A DNA stretch of 64,000 bases from Kofleriaceae bacterium (lineage in GTDB: Bacteria; Myxococcota_A; Polyangia; Haliangiales; Haliangiaceae), in NCBI GenBank assembly GCA_965215005.1, contig CBDCCZ010000058.1:46479-110478 (forward strand). The letters run 5' to 3'. The notes under the pieces were generated by a model. The model saw nothing but the letters and a program-made list of their open reading frames with translations, ran no database searches and was not told the DNA's origin. The position numbers and the translations under genes are program-made. Shown piece after piece: positions 12,251 to 22,124 of this stretch (within the stretch, counting starts at the first letter, position 1; the number at the start of each line of letters is the position of its first letter).

Positions 12251-12455
12251 CTTCGTACCCGCACCTTGCTTTCTGGCCAGAGCGTCAAGATCGAGCACTC
12301 GTGAGACAGAACGCAAGCCGTAGTCGCGAACTTGAAAAATCCCGCTGGTCGCTCTCATGCCGCCAGCGCTATAGTCCCGGCGCTTGGGACCGGGTCGCGC
12401 TGCCGAAGTACGAGTCTCCAGCTAAACTAGTACGCCTAGAACACGGGGAAAATGT

Positions 12456-13472
12456 ATGATCCTTAACACCAAATCCATATTCGCCCTGCTTGGGGCGACC
12501 TCGCTTGCAGCCTGCAGCAATACCGCGCCGGAGGTCAGCGCGGGGGAAGACGCTCCTGCCGTCGTCGGCGAGGAGTTTGTTCTCCAGCCAGTCCGCGTCG
12601 ACGAGGACAGTGACTTCCTCGACGACTACCAGTGGGAGCTCGTCTCCCGTCCTGACTCGAGCGAAGCGGTGCTTGAAGACACGATGACTCCCAACCCCTA
12701 CTTTACGCCGGACGTGGTGGGGGAGTACGTCGTTGAGGTAAGCGCCAGCGACGGCGACTCCCGCTCGGCGCCGGATCGGGTCACGATCACGGCACGCATC
12801 GGTCCCGAAGCCGTGATCACCGGCATGCCCGAAGCGATGATGGGGAATGCCGGCGGCGTGCTGCCCGGAACCACCGTCACCCTGGACGCTGGCGCCAGCA
12901 CCGTGACCACTGATCAGATGCTCACCCTTGAGTGGGCCATCGTTGCGCAGCCGGTGGATGATGAAGATACGCCCGAAGACGAAGGAAGCAAGATCGAGCT
13001 TAGCGACGCCGACAAGGCGATGGAGATGCTCTCGTTCACGTTGATGAAGAAGGGTGTCTACACCTTCCAGCTCACCGTGTCGGATGCTGATTTCTCGAGC
13101 ACGACCACCTATACCGTGGCGGTGCGCGAGCCGCCGGAGGCCACCTTCACTGTGCTAGCGCCGACCAACCCGTCGGTGGACGCCGCGTTCACCTTCGATG
13201 CGTCGGAGAGCGAATTCGGTCCTGGTAGCAGCAAGATGTACGAGTGGACCGTGACGCGGGCGCCGGCTGGCAGTGCCGCCATGGTTGAGGGCGAGGCTGC
13301 TCAGGTAACGTTCACGCCGGACGTGACGGGTGAGTACGACATCACCCTCGTCGTCTCTGACGGCACCTTCAGCAGTGATCCGGTGACCGCAACGATCATT
13401 GCGTCGGACGACACCCCAACGCCGGACCCCATGCCCCCGATTCCGGACCCCATGCCCGTTCCGATGCCGTAA
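12456..13472 (+). CDS. Lipoprotein with three PKD/Ig-like repeats
   Basis: Lipobox LAAC; repeated YxW...FTPDV.GEY...SDG units; Pro/Met tail. Confidence 0.8.
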   Translation: MILNTKSIFALLGATSLAACSNTAPEVSAGEDAPAVVGEEFVLQPVRVDEDSDFLDDYQWELVSRPDSSEAVLEDTMTPNPYFTPDVVGEYVVEVSASDGDSRSAPDRVTITARIGPEAVITGMPEAMMGNAGGVLPGTTVTLDAGASTVTTDQMLTLEWAIVAQPVDDEDTPEDEGSKIELSDADKAMEMLSFTLMKKGVYTFQLTVSDADFSSTTTYTVAVREPPEATFTVLAPTNPSVDAAFTFDASESEFGPGSSKMYEWTVTRAPAGSAAMVEGEAAQVTFTPDVTGEYDITLVVSDGTFSSDPVTATIIASDDTPTPDPMPPIPDPMPVPMP

Positions 13473-13536
13473 CACCATCTCGAGGGCGAGCCATACACTT
13501 CGCTCGCCTCCTCCCGCATTGTCCTTCCGTTCCATG

Positions 13537-13575
13537 ATCCCCGTCGAGCCCTCGCTCGGCGGGGATTTGCTATTT
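13537..13575 (+). terminator. Probable intrinsic terminator between convergent genes
   Basis: ATCCCCGTCGAG / CTCGGCGGGGAT stem followed by TTGCTATTT. Confidence 0.5.
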
Positions 13576-13651
13576 CAGCCATCGTGTATCAGGGAGGAGT
13601 CGTGTTGAGCGGCGGCGATCGTGCCCCCTTCGCGACTTCGCGACCTGAGGG

Positions 13652-15715
13652 CTAGGTTTCTCCTTGGAGCACTCGATCGGCGGCGATGAGGGCTTCTTGG
13701 CTGCCGGTGATGGAGACGATGTCGCCGGCGACGAGGCGTTCATCACCGGTGGGTAAGACCACGTCTGCGTGGGGACGCTTGATCGCGAGGATGATTGCGC
13801 CAGTCGCGCCGCGGAGGTTCAGCTCGGCAAGGGTTTTGCCGACGACGGGGCTCTCGTGGCCGATCCGTCGGGGCTCGAGGCTGCCCAGTCCGGGTAAGAG
13901 CTCGGTGAGATCGATCGCCTTCGCTTGCGGGGCTGTGGGCGCGGCATGGTGCCGTTGACGATCCAGCGCTTCGAGCACCACTTGGGCGCTGGCTCGAACA
14001 TGTTCTTCGAGGTTGGTGGTGCTCTTCCAGAACGCGATGCCCAGCCCGACGACAATCGCGGCCAGTGAGGTCGCGCCCACGTAAAGAGGCAAAAAGGGCG
14101 CGCTGAGCGCCACGAGCGGAAAGGCGGTGAGCAGGACCAGCGCGAGCTGCAGCGCGAGGACAAAGGCGCGTCGCGGCGCTGCTCCCAAGTCCACGCCGCC
14201 TCCGCGCATGGGCAACGAGGTTTTCGCCAGCTCCTTGCCGAGTGCGCGGGCCACGCGCACCACGCCTATCGCGAATGGGGCGATGAGGACGATCGCTGCG
14301 CCGATGACGCTCCATGCGGCGATGTCGGGCGGCAGCGACAGCCACGCGCGCAGCTCGGCGGCGAGCCAATCCCGGCCCACTGCCGCGGCTACGACGAGGG
14401 CAATGAGTAGCGAGGCGTCGGCCGCGTACAGCAGCCATAAGCGGTGCGCGCGACTTCGCGTTCGCGGCTCTCGCCGAGTGAGGGACTCGAACCATGCGCC
14501 ATAAAGTGCCGAGAAGGTCTGTACGCTTGGGGGCAATCGCGCGTCCACCGCGACTGCCGCGGCGTCGGATGCGCGAACCAAGAGCGGCGTTAGAAAGGTG
14601 GTCACCACGGCTACGCCGACCGCGACCGCGAGCAAATCCGCTGGTACGACGCCGGCCACGGTGCCGATGCCTACGAGGATGAACGAGAACTCGCCGATCT
14701 GCGCAAGGCTCAAGCCAGTACGAATTGCCAATCGAACGCTCTTCCCCGCCAGGAACGTCCCAAGAGAGATGAACAGCGTCTGGCCTACGATGACCACCAT
14801 CACTAGCGTCGTGACCAGCAGCCATTCGCGCCCAAAGACGCGGGGATCGACCAACATCCCGACGGAAACGAAGAACACGGCCGCGAAGACATCACGCAGT
14901 GGGGCGACGGAGTGCGCGACGTCGCTACGACGTCCCGACTCGCCCACGAGCACTCCGGCTACGAAGGCTCCAAGGGCCACAGAATAGCCAAAGTGCTCGG
15001 CTAGCAGCGCCAGGCCGAAGCACACACCGACCGAGGCGATGAGTAGCACCTCGGCGGCGGAACGCCGATGCGCCTCTCGCACCAGCCTGGGAACGAGCAG
15101 GATGCCAACGACAATCATGGCGGCGACGAACACTCCCAATCTGCCTACCGTGGTGATCAACTCGTAGGCAGGAAGCCCTGCGCCACTCGCGAGAGCCGTG
15201 AACATCGTGATGAGCACGATGGCTGCGAGGTCCTGAATCACCAAGATGCCGAACACTGAGCCTGCAAGCTCCTCGTCGACACCCTGATCGGCGAAGACCC
15301 GCGCAACAATCATCGTGGAGGAGATGCAGATCATCCCTCCTACGAACAGGTTTGCTGGCCACGCCATCCCAAACAACGTCCCTACTAGGTAGCCAAGCCA
15401 CAACATGGCCGAAATCTGCACCAGCCCCGCAAGACCAGCCGTCGGCAGCAGCCGCACGAGACGTTGCAGGCTGAATTCCAGCCCAAGCGAGAACATCACC
15501 AGAATCACGCCCAGCTCCGAGAGAGTCTGAATGCGGCCGAGGTCGACGAAGAGCGGCAACGGAACGTGAGGGCCCACAATTACGCCGGCGACCAAGTAGG
15601 CGAGCACCACCGGCTGCCGCAGGCGTTGAAACAGCAGCGCAGCGAGCGTTGCTACGCAAAACACCAGCGCTAGATCTTGTAAGAACGTTCGACTCTCGTG
15701 CATCGGCGTTCCCAT
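13652..15715 (-). CDS. CPA2 cation:proton antiporter (Kef-like) with C-terminal TrkA-C domain
   Basis: Multiple TM helices, SELGVILVMFSLGLEF, ISST, QDLA, QIGEFSF; C-terminal GKTLAELNLRGATGAIILAI; start could be 15703. Confidence 0.9.
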   Translation of the reverse strand: MGTPMHESRTFLQDLALVFCVATLAALLFQRLRQPVVLAYLVAGVIVGPHVPLPLFVDLGRIQTLSELGVILVMFSLGLEFSLQRLVRLLPTAGLAGLVQISAMLWLGYLVGTLFGMAWPANLFVGGMICISSTMIVARVFADQGVDEELAGSVFGILVIQDLAAIVLITMFTALASGAGLPAYELITTVGRLGVFVAAMIVVGILLVPRLVREAHRRSAAEVLLIASVGVCFGLALLAEHFGYSVALGAFVAGVLVGESGRRSDVAHSVAPLRDVFAAVFFVSVGMLVDPRVFGREWLLVTTLVMVVIVGQTLFISLGTFLAGKSVRLAIRTGLSLAQIGEFSFILVGIGTVAGVVPADLLAVAVGVAVVTTFLTPLLVRASDAAAVAVDARLPPSVQTFSALYGAWFESLTRREPRTRSRAHRLWLLYAADASLLIALVVAAAVGRDWLAAELRAWLSLPPDIAAWSVIGAAIVLIAPFAIGVVRVARALGKELAKTSLPMRGGGVDLGAAPRRAFVLALQLALVLLTAFPLVALSAPFLPLYVGATSLAAIVVGLGIAFWKSTTNLEEHVRASAQVVLEALDRQRHHAAPTAPQAKAIDLTELLPGLGSLEPRRIGHESPVVGKTLAELNLRGATGAIILAIKRPHADVVLPTGDERLVAGDIVSITGSQEALIAADRVLQGET

Positions 15716-16013
15716 CTCCGCGTGGACGTCGCACCCGAATTAGCGCAGTTGCCGGGATCACCTGCAAGCTACATTCGCCCCGACGGAAATCTGACCTGCC
15801 CTTGACCGCGCAGAAGTCACGGCGAGCGCCACCGCACGCGGGTAAGACGGAGTGCTGGAGTAGCGATGGCAGCCCACGCTCGACAGACCAGGCGTCGCTT
15901 CGTCGAGCGTGCGAAGGAACGACAGGAACTCGGTGCACGAGCTGAGATAGGAGGACCGCGCCAAGTGGCGCTCGAGTGCGCGTTGGACTGGCGGAGGCAG
16001 GTACGGGGGTTTC

Positions 16014-16310
16014 TGAAACCGTCCCACTTTGGTGAATACCTTGAGGGGCTACTGCCCAGGAGAAACCACCAATGTCGAAGCGTGACGTACACGGAGGAGC
16101 TCGAGAAAGGCGCGGTCCGCCCGTGGCTGCCACCAGGCACACGTGCCAGCACTGAGGTCGCGGCCTCGGCCGGGCCGAGTCCGAGCATCCTGCTCCGTTG
16201 ACAGAAGCGATACGACAGCGAGTTCGGCGGCGGAGCAACTTCGCAGGACGAGCTCGAGAAGACGGAAACGATGCTTGCGTGCCGGGAACGCAGTCGAATC
16301 CGCTTTCTGT
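16014..16310 (+). pseudogene. Degraded IS3-family element (left end plus orfA transposase remnant)
   Basis: TG-starting end-like sequence; AGGAG SD and ATG 16072 (MSKR), then frameshifted TYTEELEKGAVR...TEVAASAGPSPSILLR*QKRY, an HTH_Tnp_1-like pattern with a probable Trp-to-stop change. Confidence 0.55.
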
Positions 16311-16727
16311 ATCTGGTCAACTCCATCGGAGGCATAGTCACTCGTCTCCGCCTGCAGGTGGCTGCATGCCCTGGCTGTGGTCTATACGTTGCTCGTCGGC
16401 TGCATCGCCGCGGGAGTCGCGCGCAGGCTCGGAACTGCCCGTGTGCACCATTCACTCGAGGGTGGCGCGGTGTTTCCTGGCGTCGCCTTGGCAGCGTCCG
16501 CCACGAGCGGCGACGTTTTGAAGCAGTCCGCGAGTTGCGAGGGGGGGCGGTGTCGCGGAGGCATACGCGCGAGCGAGAATCGCCACTGCGCGAGGGCGCG
16601 GCTTACGGAAGACGCGACTGGTGCGCGCTCACGGCCGAAACGAGCGATTTTGATTGTGGGCTGCCCCGCTGCGAGATTTGCCAGTGTGCGAGCTGTCGCG
16701 CGAGGCGGGCTCTAGTATCGTTTGAGC

Positions 16728-17156
16728 ATGTTGCTGCGCTTATACGTGGGAACCTTGCTGGCGCTCTCGGTCGGTTGCTCGGGCGCATCGGCGCCGACCG
16801 CCGGCGCATCGGAGGTCGCTCCGGCGCCGCAGGTCTCGCCCGAGGAAGCGCAGCGGCAAGAAGCGCTGCGGGCGCTGCGCTCGCGGCAGGACGAGGCGTG
16901 CGAAAGGCTTGGACCTGTGCTGACCCGGTGCGCGGTCGAAGATGCCGAGCGGACCATGTCGGCCGAGGAGCTCGCGGAGCTCGACCTTGCCAACACCGCG
17001 CCGCGTCACCAGTCACAGCTCGTCAGCGAGTGTAGACGTAGTGAGCTTTCGGAGCGTCAGGTCGAGGTATACGAGAGCTGCCTCGCCGGCGACACGAGCT
17101 GCGAGGTGTTTGTTCCGTGTCTCGATGCGGCTGCGCCACAGGCGCCGTCCCCCTGA
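16728..17156 (+). CDS. Cys-rich lipoprotein, unknown function
   Basis: Lipobox SVGC followed by six further Cys. Confidence 0.7.
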   Translation: MLLRLYVGTLLALSVGCSGASAPTAGASEVAPAPQVSPEEAQRQEALRALRSRQDEACERLGPVLTRCAVEDAERTMSAEELAELDLANTAPRHQSQLVSECRRSELSERQVEVYESCLAGDTSCEVFVPCLDAAAPQAPSP

Positions 17157-17243
17157 CAGCAGCCAATTTCTCGTGCGCCTTGCGCCGCTCGGGTAACGAA
17201 AGCGAGGAACGCGCAGCCAGAAGCCTGCGGCGCACGGCGCGAA

Positions 17244-17762
17244 TCAGTAGCGCAGCAGCGCCTGGTATGGACAGGACAGCTTGCCGGCTCCTTCTAAGAA
17301 GGAGAGCTCGATGAGGAAGGCGCAGCACGCGACGATGCCGTCGCAGGTTTCGATGAGACGGCAGGTAGCCGCTGCGGTGCCACCGGTTGCGATGACGTCA
17401 TCGATCACTGCGTAACGCTGGCGCGGGAGGATTGAGTCGGCGTGAAGTTCGACGCGGTCGATGCCGTACTCGAGCTGATAGTCAACTCCAACGGTCTTCG
17501 ACGGCAGCTTGCCCGGCTTGCGCACGAGCACGAGCGGCAGATGCAGGGCCTTTGCCAGCGGCGCGGCGAACAAGAAGCCTCGCGACTCGATCGCCACCAG
17601 TCCTTGCACGCGATGCTCTGCCAGCCCTTCGGCGAGAAGATCGATGGCGGCGGCGAAGGCCGCGGCATCCACCAATAGCGGCGTGATGTCTTTGAAGACG
17701 ATCCCAGGCTTGGGAAAATCGGGTACGTCGCGAATATGGGCACGAAGCTGGTCGGGCGTCAT
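17244..17762 (-). CDS. apt: Adenine phosphoribosyltransferase
   Basis: IRDVPDFPKPGIVFKDITPLL, ESRGF, RKPGKLP, IDDVIATGGT. Confidence 0.95.
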   Translation of the reverse strand: MTPDQLRAHIRDVPDFPKPGIVFKDITPLLVDAAAFAAAIDLLAEGLAEHRVQGLVAIESRGFLFAAPLAKALHLPLVLVRKPGKLPSKTVGVDYQLEYGIDRVELHADSILPRQRYAVIDDVIATGGTAAATCRLIETCDGIVACCAFLIELSFLEGAGKLSCPYQALLRY

Positions 17763-17944
17763 CAGCGCCGGATGCTAGCGCGAATGGCGGCGACTGACGC
17801 GACGCCGCGTGTCGGGATGCGGTCGTCGGGCGCCCGATGCGGGCGCGGGTCGCGACCTGCTGCTCGAGCCTCGCTGTCGGCATCTCCCCCTGCTTTCCTA
17901 ACGGTTCGCGAGGTACGCCGCTCGCAGGGTGGCGCGCGCTCGGC

Positions 17945-18715
17945 TCAGGTTCCCGAGCGGACGCGACGATGGCCTTCGACGACCCATTGCGGCTCTTCGG
18001 CAATGGCCGTGCGATGGGTCAAATCCAAATACAGCGGCGACACCGAAATGATACCGCGGCGCACGGCGGCGCAGTCGGAGCCGGGATCTTCGGAGAAGCC
18101 AGCCGCCCCGCCACCGATCCAGTAGTAGGGCCTGCCGCGCGGATCATGGCGCTCGGTGACATCGTCGGCGTACACTCGCTCGCCCAGATGGGTCCACTCG
18201 TAACGACCGTCGGCGTCGGGCGGCACGTTGACGTTGAGCACCGTCTTGGCAGGCATGGGATGGGCGAGGATCGAGCTCGCCAAGGCTGCTGCAAAGCGGC
18301 CGGCGTTGACGCCGCTTTCCGAGCGCCCGTCCATCGAGATCGCGAACGACGAGACTCCGCGCAGGCCCCCTTCGACCGCCGCGGCCACCGTACCTGAGTA
18401 GAAGACGTCGGTGCCGAGGTTGTAGCCGGCATTGATCCCAGAGATCACCAGCGAGGGGGGGCGTTCTGCGAGCTTGAGCACCCCGACGTAGACACAGTCG
18501 ACCGGCGTGCCGCTCAACGCATAGCGGCCACGGCCGAAGGTGCGCAGGCGCAACGGCTTGTGCAGCGTGATGGTATGCGACGCCGCCGAGCGTTCGCGTT
18601 CAGGGGCAACCACCACCACCTCTGCGCCGGTGCCCTCCTCCACCGCGGTTGCAAGGGCCTCGAGGTGCGGCGAGTGGATGCCGTCGTCGTTGGAGATGAG
18701 AATCAGCGGTTTCAT
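17945..18715 (-). CDS. surE: 5'/3'-nucleotidase SurE
   Basis: ILISNDDG, GTPVDCV, SGINAGYNLGTDVFYSGT, DPRGRPYYW; start set at MKPLIL because the upstream in-frame part is the tRNA. Confidence 0.95.
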   Translation of the reverse strand: MKPLILISNDDGIHSPHLEALATAVEEGTGAEVVVVAPERERSAASHTITLHKPLRLRTFGRGRYALSGTPVDCVYVGVLKLAERPPSLVISGINAGYNLGTDVFYSGTVAAAVEGGLRGVSSFAISMDGRSESGVNAGRFAAALASSILAHPMPAKTVLNVNVPPDADGRYEWTHLGERVYADDVTERHDPRGRPYYWIGGGAAGFSEDPGSDCAAVRRGIISVSPLYLDLTHRTAIAEEPQWVVEGHRRVRSGT

Positions 18716-18754
18716 AAAGAAAAAACGGGGGCGGTCCGATGAACCGCCCCCGTT
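18716..18754 (-). terminator. Intrinsic terminator after tRNA-Pro
   Basis: Perfect 12-bp stem (18724-18735 / 18743-18754) followed by TTTTCTTT on the minus strand. Confidence 0.8.
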
Positions 18755-18759
18755 CCCAG

Positions 18760-18833
<74 letters not shown>

Positions 18834-18853
18834 TGGGGAGTCGTTTACCTACT

Positions 18854-19177
18854 TCATTCCTCGACCAGTCGCAAGAGCTGTTCGGCCTCGTTTCGGGCGC
18901 GCTCGAGGGCGCGTCGCATCGGCGCCGCGGTATCGCGGCTCGATAGGCGCCGCTGCGCGCCGGCGATGGTGAACCCTTCGTCGTACAGCAGATCGCGGAT
19001 TCGCAGCACCAGCTCCACGTCCTTGCGCGAATACGAGCGCCGTCCCGAGGAGCCCTTCTCCGGCCGCAGTGCCGCAAAGGCGCTCTCCCAAAACCGCAAA
19101 GTCGGCGTTTCGACCCCCGCGAGCTCGGCGACCTCACCGATGCGAAAGTAGTGCTTGTCGGGGATGCGCGGGTCCAT
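18854..19177 (-). CDS. MerR-family transcriptional regulator (ihfA-linked)
   Basis: IPDKHYFRIGEVAE...LRFWE...GFTIAGA; usual position after ihfA. Confidence 0.9.
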   Translation of the reverse strand: MDPRIPDKHYFRIGEVAELAGVETPTLRFWESAFAALRPEKGSSGRRSYSRKDVELVLRIRDLLYDEGFTIAGAQRRLSSRDTAAPMRRALERARNEAEQLLRLVEE

Positions 19178-19196
19178 ATGGCGACACGACGCGGCG

Positions 19197-19487
19197 CTAC
19201 GGGATCGGGTGGCCGTTGAGGACGTTCTTGAGAACCTGGCTGGGCTTGAACGTGAGCACGCGACGAGCGGAAATGGTGATCTCTTCACCGGTCTGCGGAT
19301 TGCGGCCAATGCGGGCCTTCTTCTCGCGGACGACGAAGTTCCCAAAGCCGGAGATCTTGATCTTCTCGCCCTCTTCCAGGGTCGTTTTGATGGTGTTGAA
19401 CACGGCTTCGACGATTTCGGCGGCTTCTTTTTTCGAAAAGCCCCCGACCTTTTCATAGACGGCCTCGATGATGTCGGCCTTGGTCAT
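19197..19487 (-). CDS. ihfA: Integration host factor alpha subunit
   Basis: MTKADI, KISGFGNF, GRNPQTGEEI, RRVLTFKPS; follows pheT. Confidence 0.92.
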   Translation of the reverse strand: MTKADIIEAVYEKVGGFSKKEAAEIVEAVFNTIKTTLEEGEKIKISGFGNFVVREKKARIGRNPQTGEEITISARRVLTFKPSQVLKNVLNGHPIP

Positions 19488-19688
19488 TCTCGCCATCCTC
19501 CGATCGCTCCTTCGCGCTGGGTCCACGCCGGACTAACTACGCGACATTACCACGATTTGATGGCATCCGGAGAAACCGCGATGGGGCCCGCGCCCGCTAC
19601 GGCGCCCCATTGTTGCCGCGACGGCCGAGCACCGCTGCTCAAGATCTGGTCACCGAGACTCGCGTGTTATCAACGTGACCTGCGAGTC

Positions 19689-22124
19689 CTACCGGCGTTG
19701 GCCGTCGATCGCCGTCAGCAGGGGACCCACGATGCCCTCGTGTACGCGATCGACCTCATCGTCGGTGAGGGTGCGCTCGAGTGAGCGATACGTCACCGTC
19801 CACAGCATGCCCTTGCGCCCCGCCGGGACCTTGTCGGGATCCCTGTACTCTTCGAGGATCTGAAAGCCCTCGACGAGCGGTTCCGCAGCGGCCCGAATGC
19901 GCGCGGCCACGACTTGCGCGGGAACCTCTTCGGCGACGAAGAACGAGATATCGCGCGTCACGGCGGGGTACTTGGGGATCGGCCGCATCTGCGCAAGCCC
20001 CGGCTGCGGCAGCTTGCCGAGCGCGCACACAAAGCCAAACACCGGCGTCTCGATGCCCAAGGCGCGCCGGGTCTCCGGGTGCACCTCGCCGACCTCGGCG
20101 ACCACGGTGTCCGCGCAAGCGACCACCGCGCTCACCCCAGGATGCCAGTACGGCAGCTCGCTCGCCGGCCGCAGCTCCAGAGGCGCGTCCGACGGCAACA
20201 GCGCCGCAAGGCACCGCTCGAGGAGGCCCTTGGCGTCGTAAAAATCGACCGGCTCTTGGTCCTCGAGCCACCCGGCCCTGCGGCCCGCTAGCACCCCGGC
20301 CAGCTCGACCGGCTCGTCTACCAGACCCGTCACTGCGCCGGGACCGCGCCGCAAGAACACGCTGCCAACCTCGAACAGCGCGATGTTGGCGACTCCAAAA
20401 CTTTGATTTCGCGCCACCGCCGCCAGTAGCCCCGGCAACAGCGACGTGCGCATCACCGACTGCTCCACGGTCATCGGGTTCTGCAGCGGCACCGGCTGCA
20501 TGCGGACGTCGCTGGTGGGAAGCCGCAGGCTCGCCACCCGCTGCGGCGAGGTGAAACCGAAGGTAATCGCCTCGCTCATCCCGGCGGCGACTAGCGCGCG
20601 GCGCATCGCATCGCCTCGCCGATCTTCGCCGCGGCTCGCCACCAGCCGCGATTGCGGCAAGGTCGCCGGCACCTTGTCGTAGCCGTGGATCCGAATCAGC
20701 TCCTCGATGAGGTCGATCTCGCGATGCAGGTCGCGGCGGTACGGCGGGCACTGTATTGCCAACGTATCTTCACCGGTGACGGAAACCTCGAGCCCGAGTC
20801 GGGTGAGGATCGCCGCGGCGTCCTGCCGCGTCAGCGCCACGCCAGTCACCTGCCGGACGCGACTGGCGCGGAGCGGGACGGTGACGGCGACCGCCGGCGC
20901 TGGATACGCATCGACGACGCCACGCTCGACGGTGCCGCCGCCGACCTCCGCCAGCAGCCGAGCGGCGCGCGCCGATGCAAGCTCCGCCAGCTCCGGGTCG
21001 ACGCCGCGCTCGAAGCGCAGCGCGGCCTCGGACAGAAGCCCCAGCCGTCGAGCGGTGCGACGCACGGTGATGGGATCGAAGCAAGCGCTCTCGAGGAGCA
21101 CGCGTTTGGTGGTGTCGGAGACCTCACTGTCGCGGCCGCCCATCACACCGGCAAGCGCAATGGGCCCGCTCGTGTCACAGATGAGCAGGTCGCCGTCTTC
21201 CAGGCGCCGCTCGACGTCATCGAGGGTGACCAGCTTCTCGCCAGCGCGCGCGCGCCGCACCTCGATGCGATCACCCACGAGACGGGCGTGATCGAAGGCG
21301 TGCAGCGGCTGACCGAGCTCGAAGAGCACGTAGTTGGTAACGTCGACCAGGTTCGAGAGGGGGCGCACGCCTACCGCACGCAGCCGCTGTTGCAGCCACA
21401 GCGGCGATGGCCCGACCGTGAGCCCATCGATGACGCGCGCAGTGTAGCGCGGGCATGCTCTCGGATCGCCAATGGTCACTTCGACGTGCGAGGCGACCTC
21501 GCGGGTGCCGGTGACGTCGGTGAGGTCATACGCCGGCAGCCGAAGCTGCCCGCCGACGAGTGCGATGAGCTCGCGCGCCACGCCCAAATGCCCCAGCACG
21601 TCGCCGCGATTGGCCGGCGTGTTGAGGTCGAGCACGACATCGTCAAGCCCCAGAGCCCGCTGCGCCGGCGCCCCGAGCGGCGTCTCGGCGGCCTCCCCGT
21701 GCAGCACCACGATGCCTTCGTTAGCCTCGCCGACACCGAGCTCCTGCTCGGAACAGATCATGCCCGCCGACTCAATGCCGCGAATGCGGCGCTTGGCGAT
21801 GCGGAAGTCGCCGGGCAATACCGCCCCAGGCTGCGCCCACAGCACCCGCCCGCCCGGCTCGGGTACGTTGGGCGCGCCACACACGACCTCGACGGTGGGG
21901 CCACCCGGCTGATCGCGAAGCTCCACCAGCGTGAGCGCGTCAGCGTCGGGATGCTTCTTCTTGGCCGCCACCTCGGCGACGACCACGCCGCTGAAGCCGG
22001 CGCCGAGCCGCTCGATGCCTTCGACCTCCAGGCCCGCGCCTGTGAGCGCATCGGCACCCTCTTCTACGGTGAGCTCGCGCTCGAGCGCGACGAGCTCGAG
22101 AAGCCAAGACCAAACCACCCGCAT
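19689..22124 (-). CDS. pheT: Phenylalanyl-tRNA synthetase beta subunit
   Basis: HPDAD, VCGAPN, TPANRGD, GQPLHAFD, RFERGVD, RDISF, ERTLTD. Confidence 0.96.
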   Translation of the reverse strand: MRVVWSWLLELVALERELTVEEGADALTGAGLEVEGIERLGAGFSGVVVAEVAAKKKHPDADALTLVELRDQPGGPTVEVVCGAPNVPEPGGRVLWAQPGAVLPGDFRIAKRRIRGIESAGMICSEQELGVGEANEGIVVLHGEAAETPLGAPAQRALGLDDVVLDLNTPANRGDVLGHLGVARELIALVGGQLRLPAYDLTDVTGTREVASHVEVTIGDPRACPRYTARVIDGLTVGPSPLWLQQRLRAVGVRPLSNLVDVTNYVLFELGQPLHAFDHARLVGDRIEVRRARAGEKLVTLDDVERRLEDGDLLICDTSGPIALAGVMGGRDSEVSDTTKRVLLESACFDPITVRRTARRLGLLSEAALRFERGVDPELAELASARAARLLAEVGGGTVERGVVDAYPAPAVAVTVPLRASRVRQVTGVALTRQDAAAILTRLGLEVSVTGEDTLAIQCPPYRRDLHREIDLIEELIRIHGYDKVPATLPQSRLVASRGEDRRGDAMRRALVAAGMSEAITFGFTSPQRVASLRLPTSDVRMQPVPLQNPMTVEQSVMRTSLLPGLLAAVARNQSFGVANIALFEVGSVFLRRGPGAVTGLVDEPVELAGVLAGRRAGWLEDQEPVDFYDAKGLLERCLAALLPSDAPLELRPASELPYWHPGVSAVVACADTVVAEVGEVHPETRRALGIETPVFGFVCALGKLPQPGLAQMRPIPKYPAVTRDISFFVAEEVPAQVVAARIRAAAEPLVEGFQILEEYRDPDKVPAGRKGMLWTVTYRSLERTLTDDEVDRVHEGIVGPLLTAIDGQRR

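Noticed and set aside
16199..16201. In-frame TGA as possible selenocysteine
   Set aside because: Better explained as a mutated Trp codon in a decayed transposase; no redox motif context
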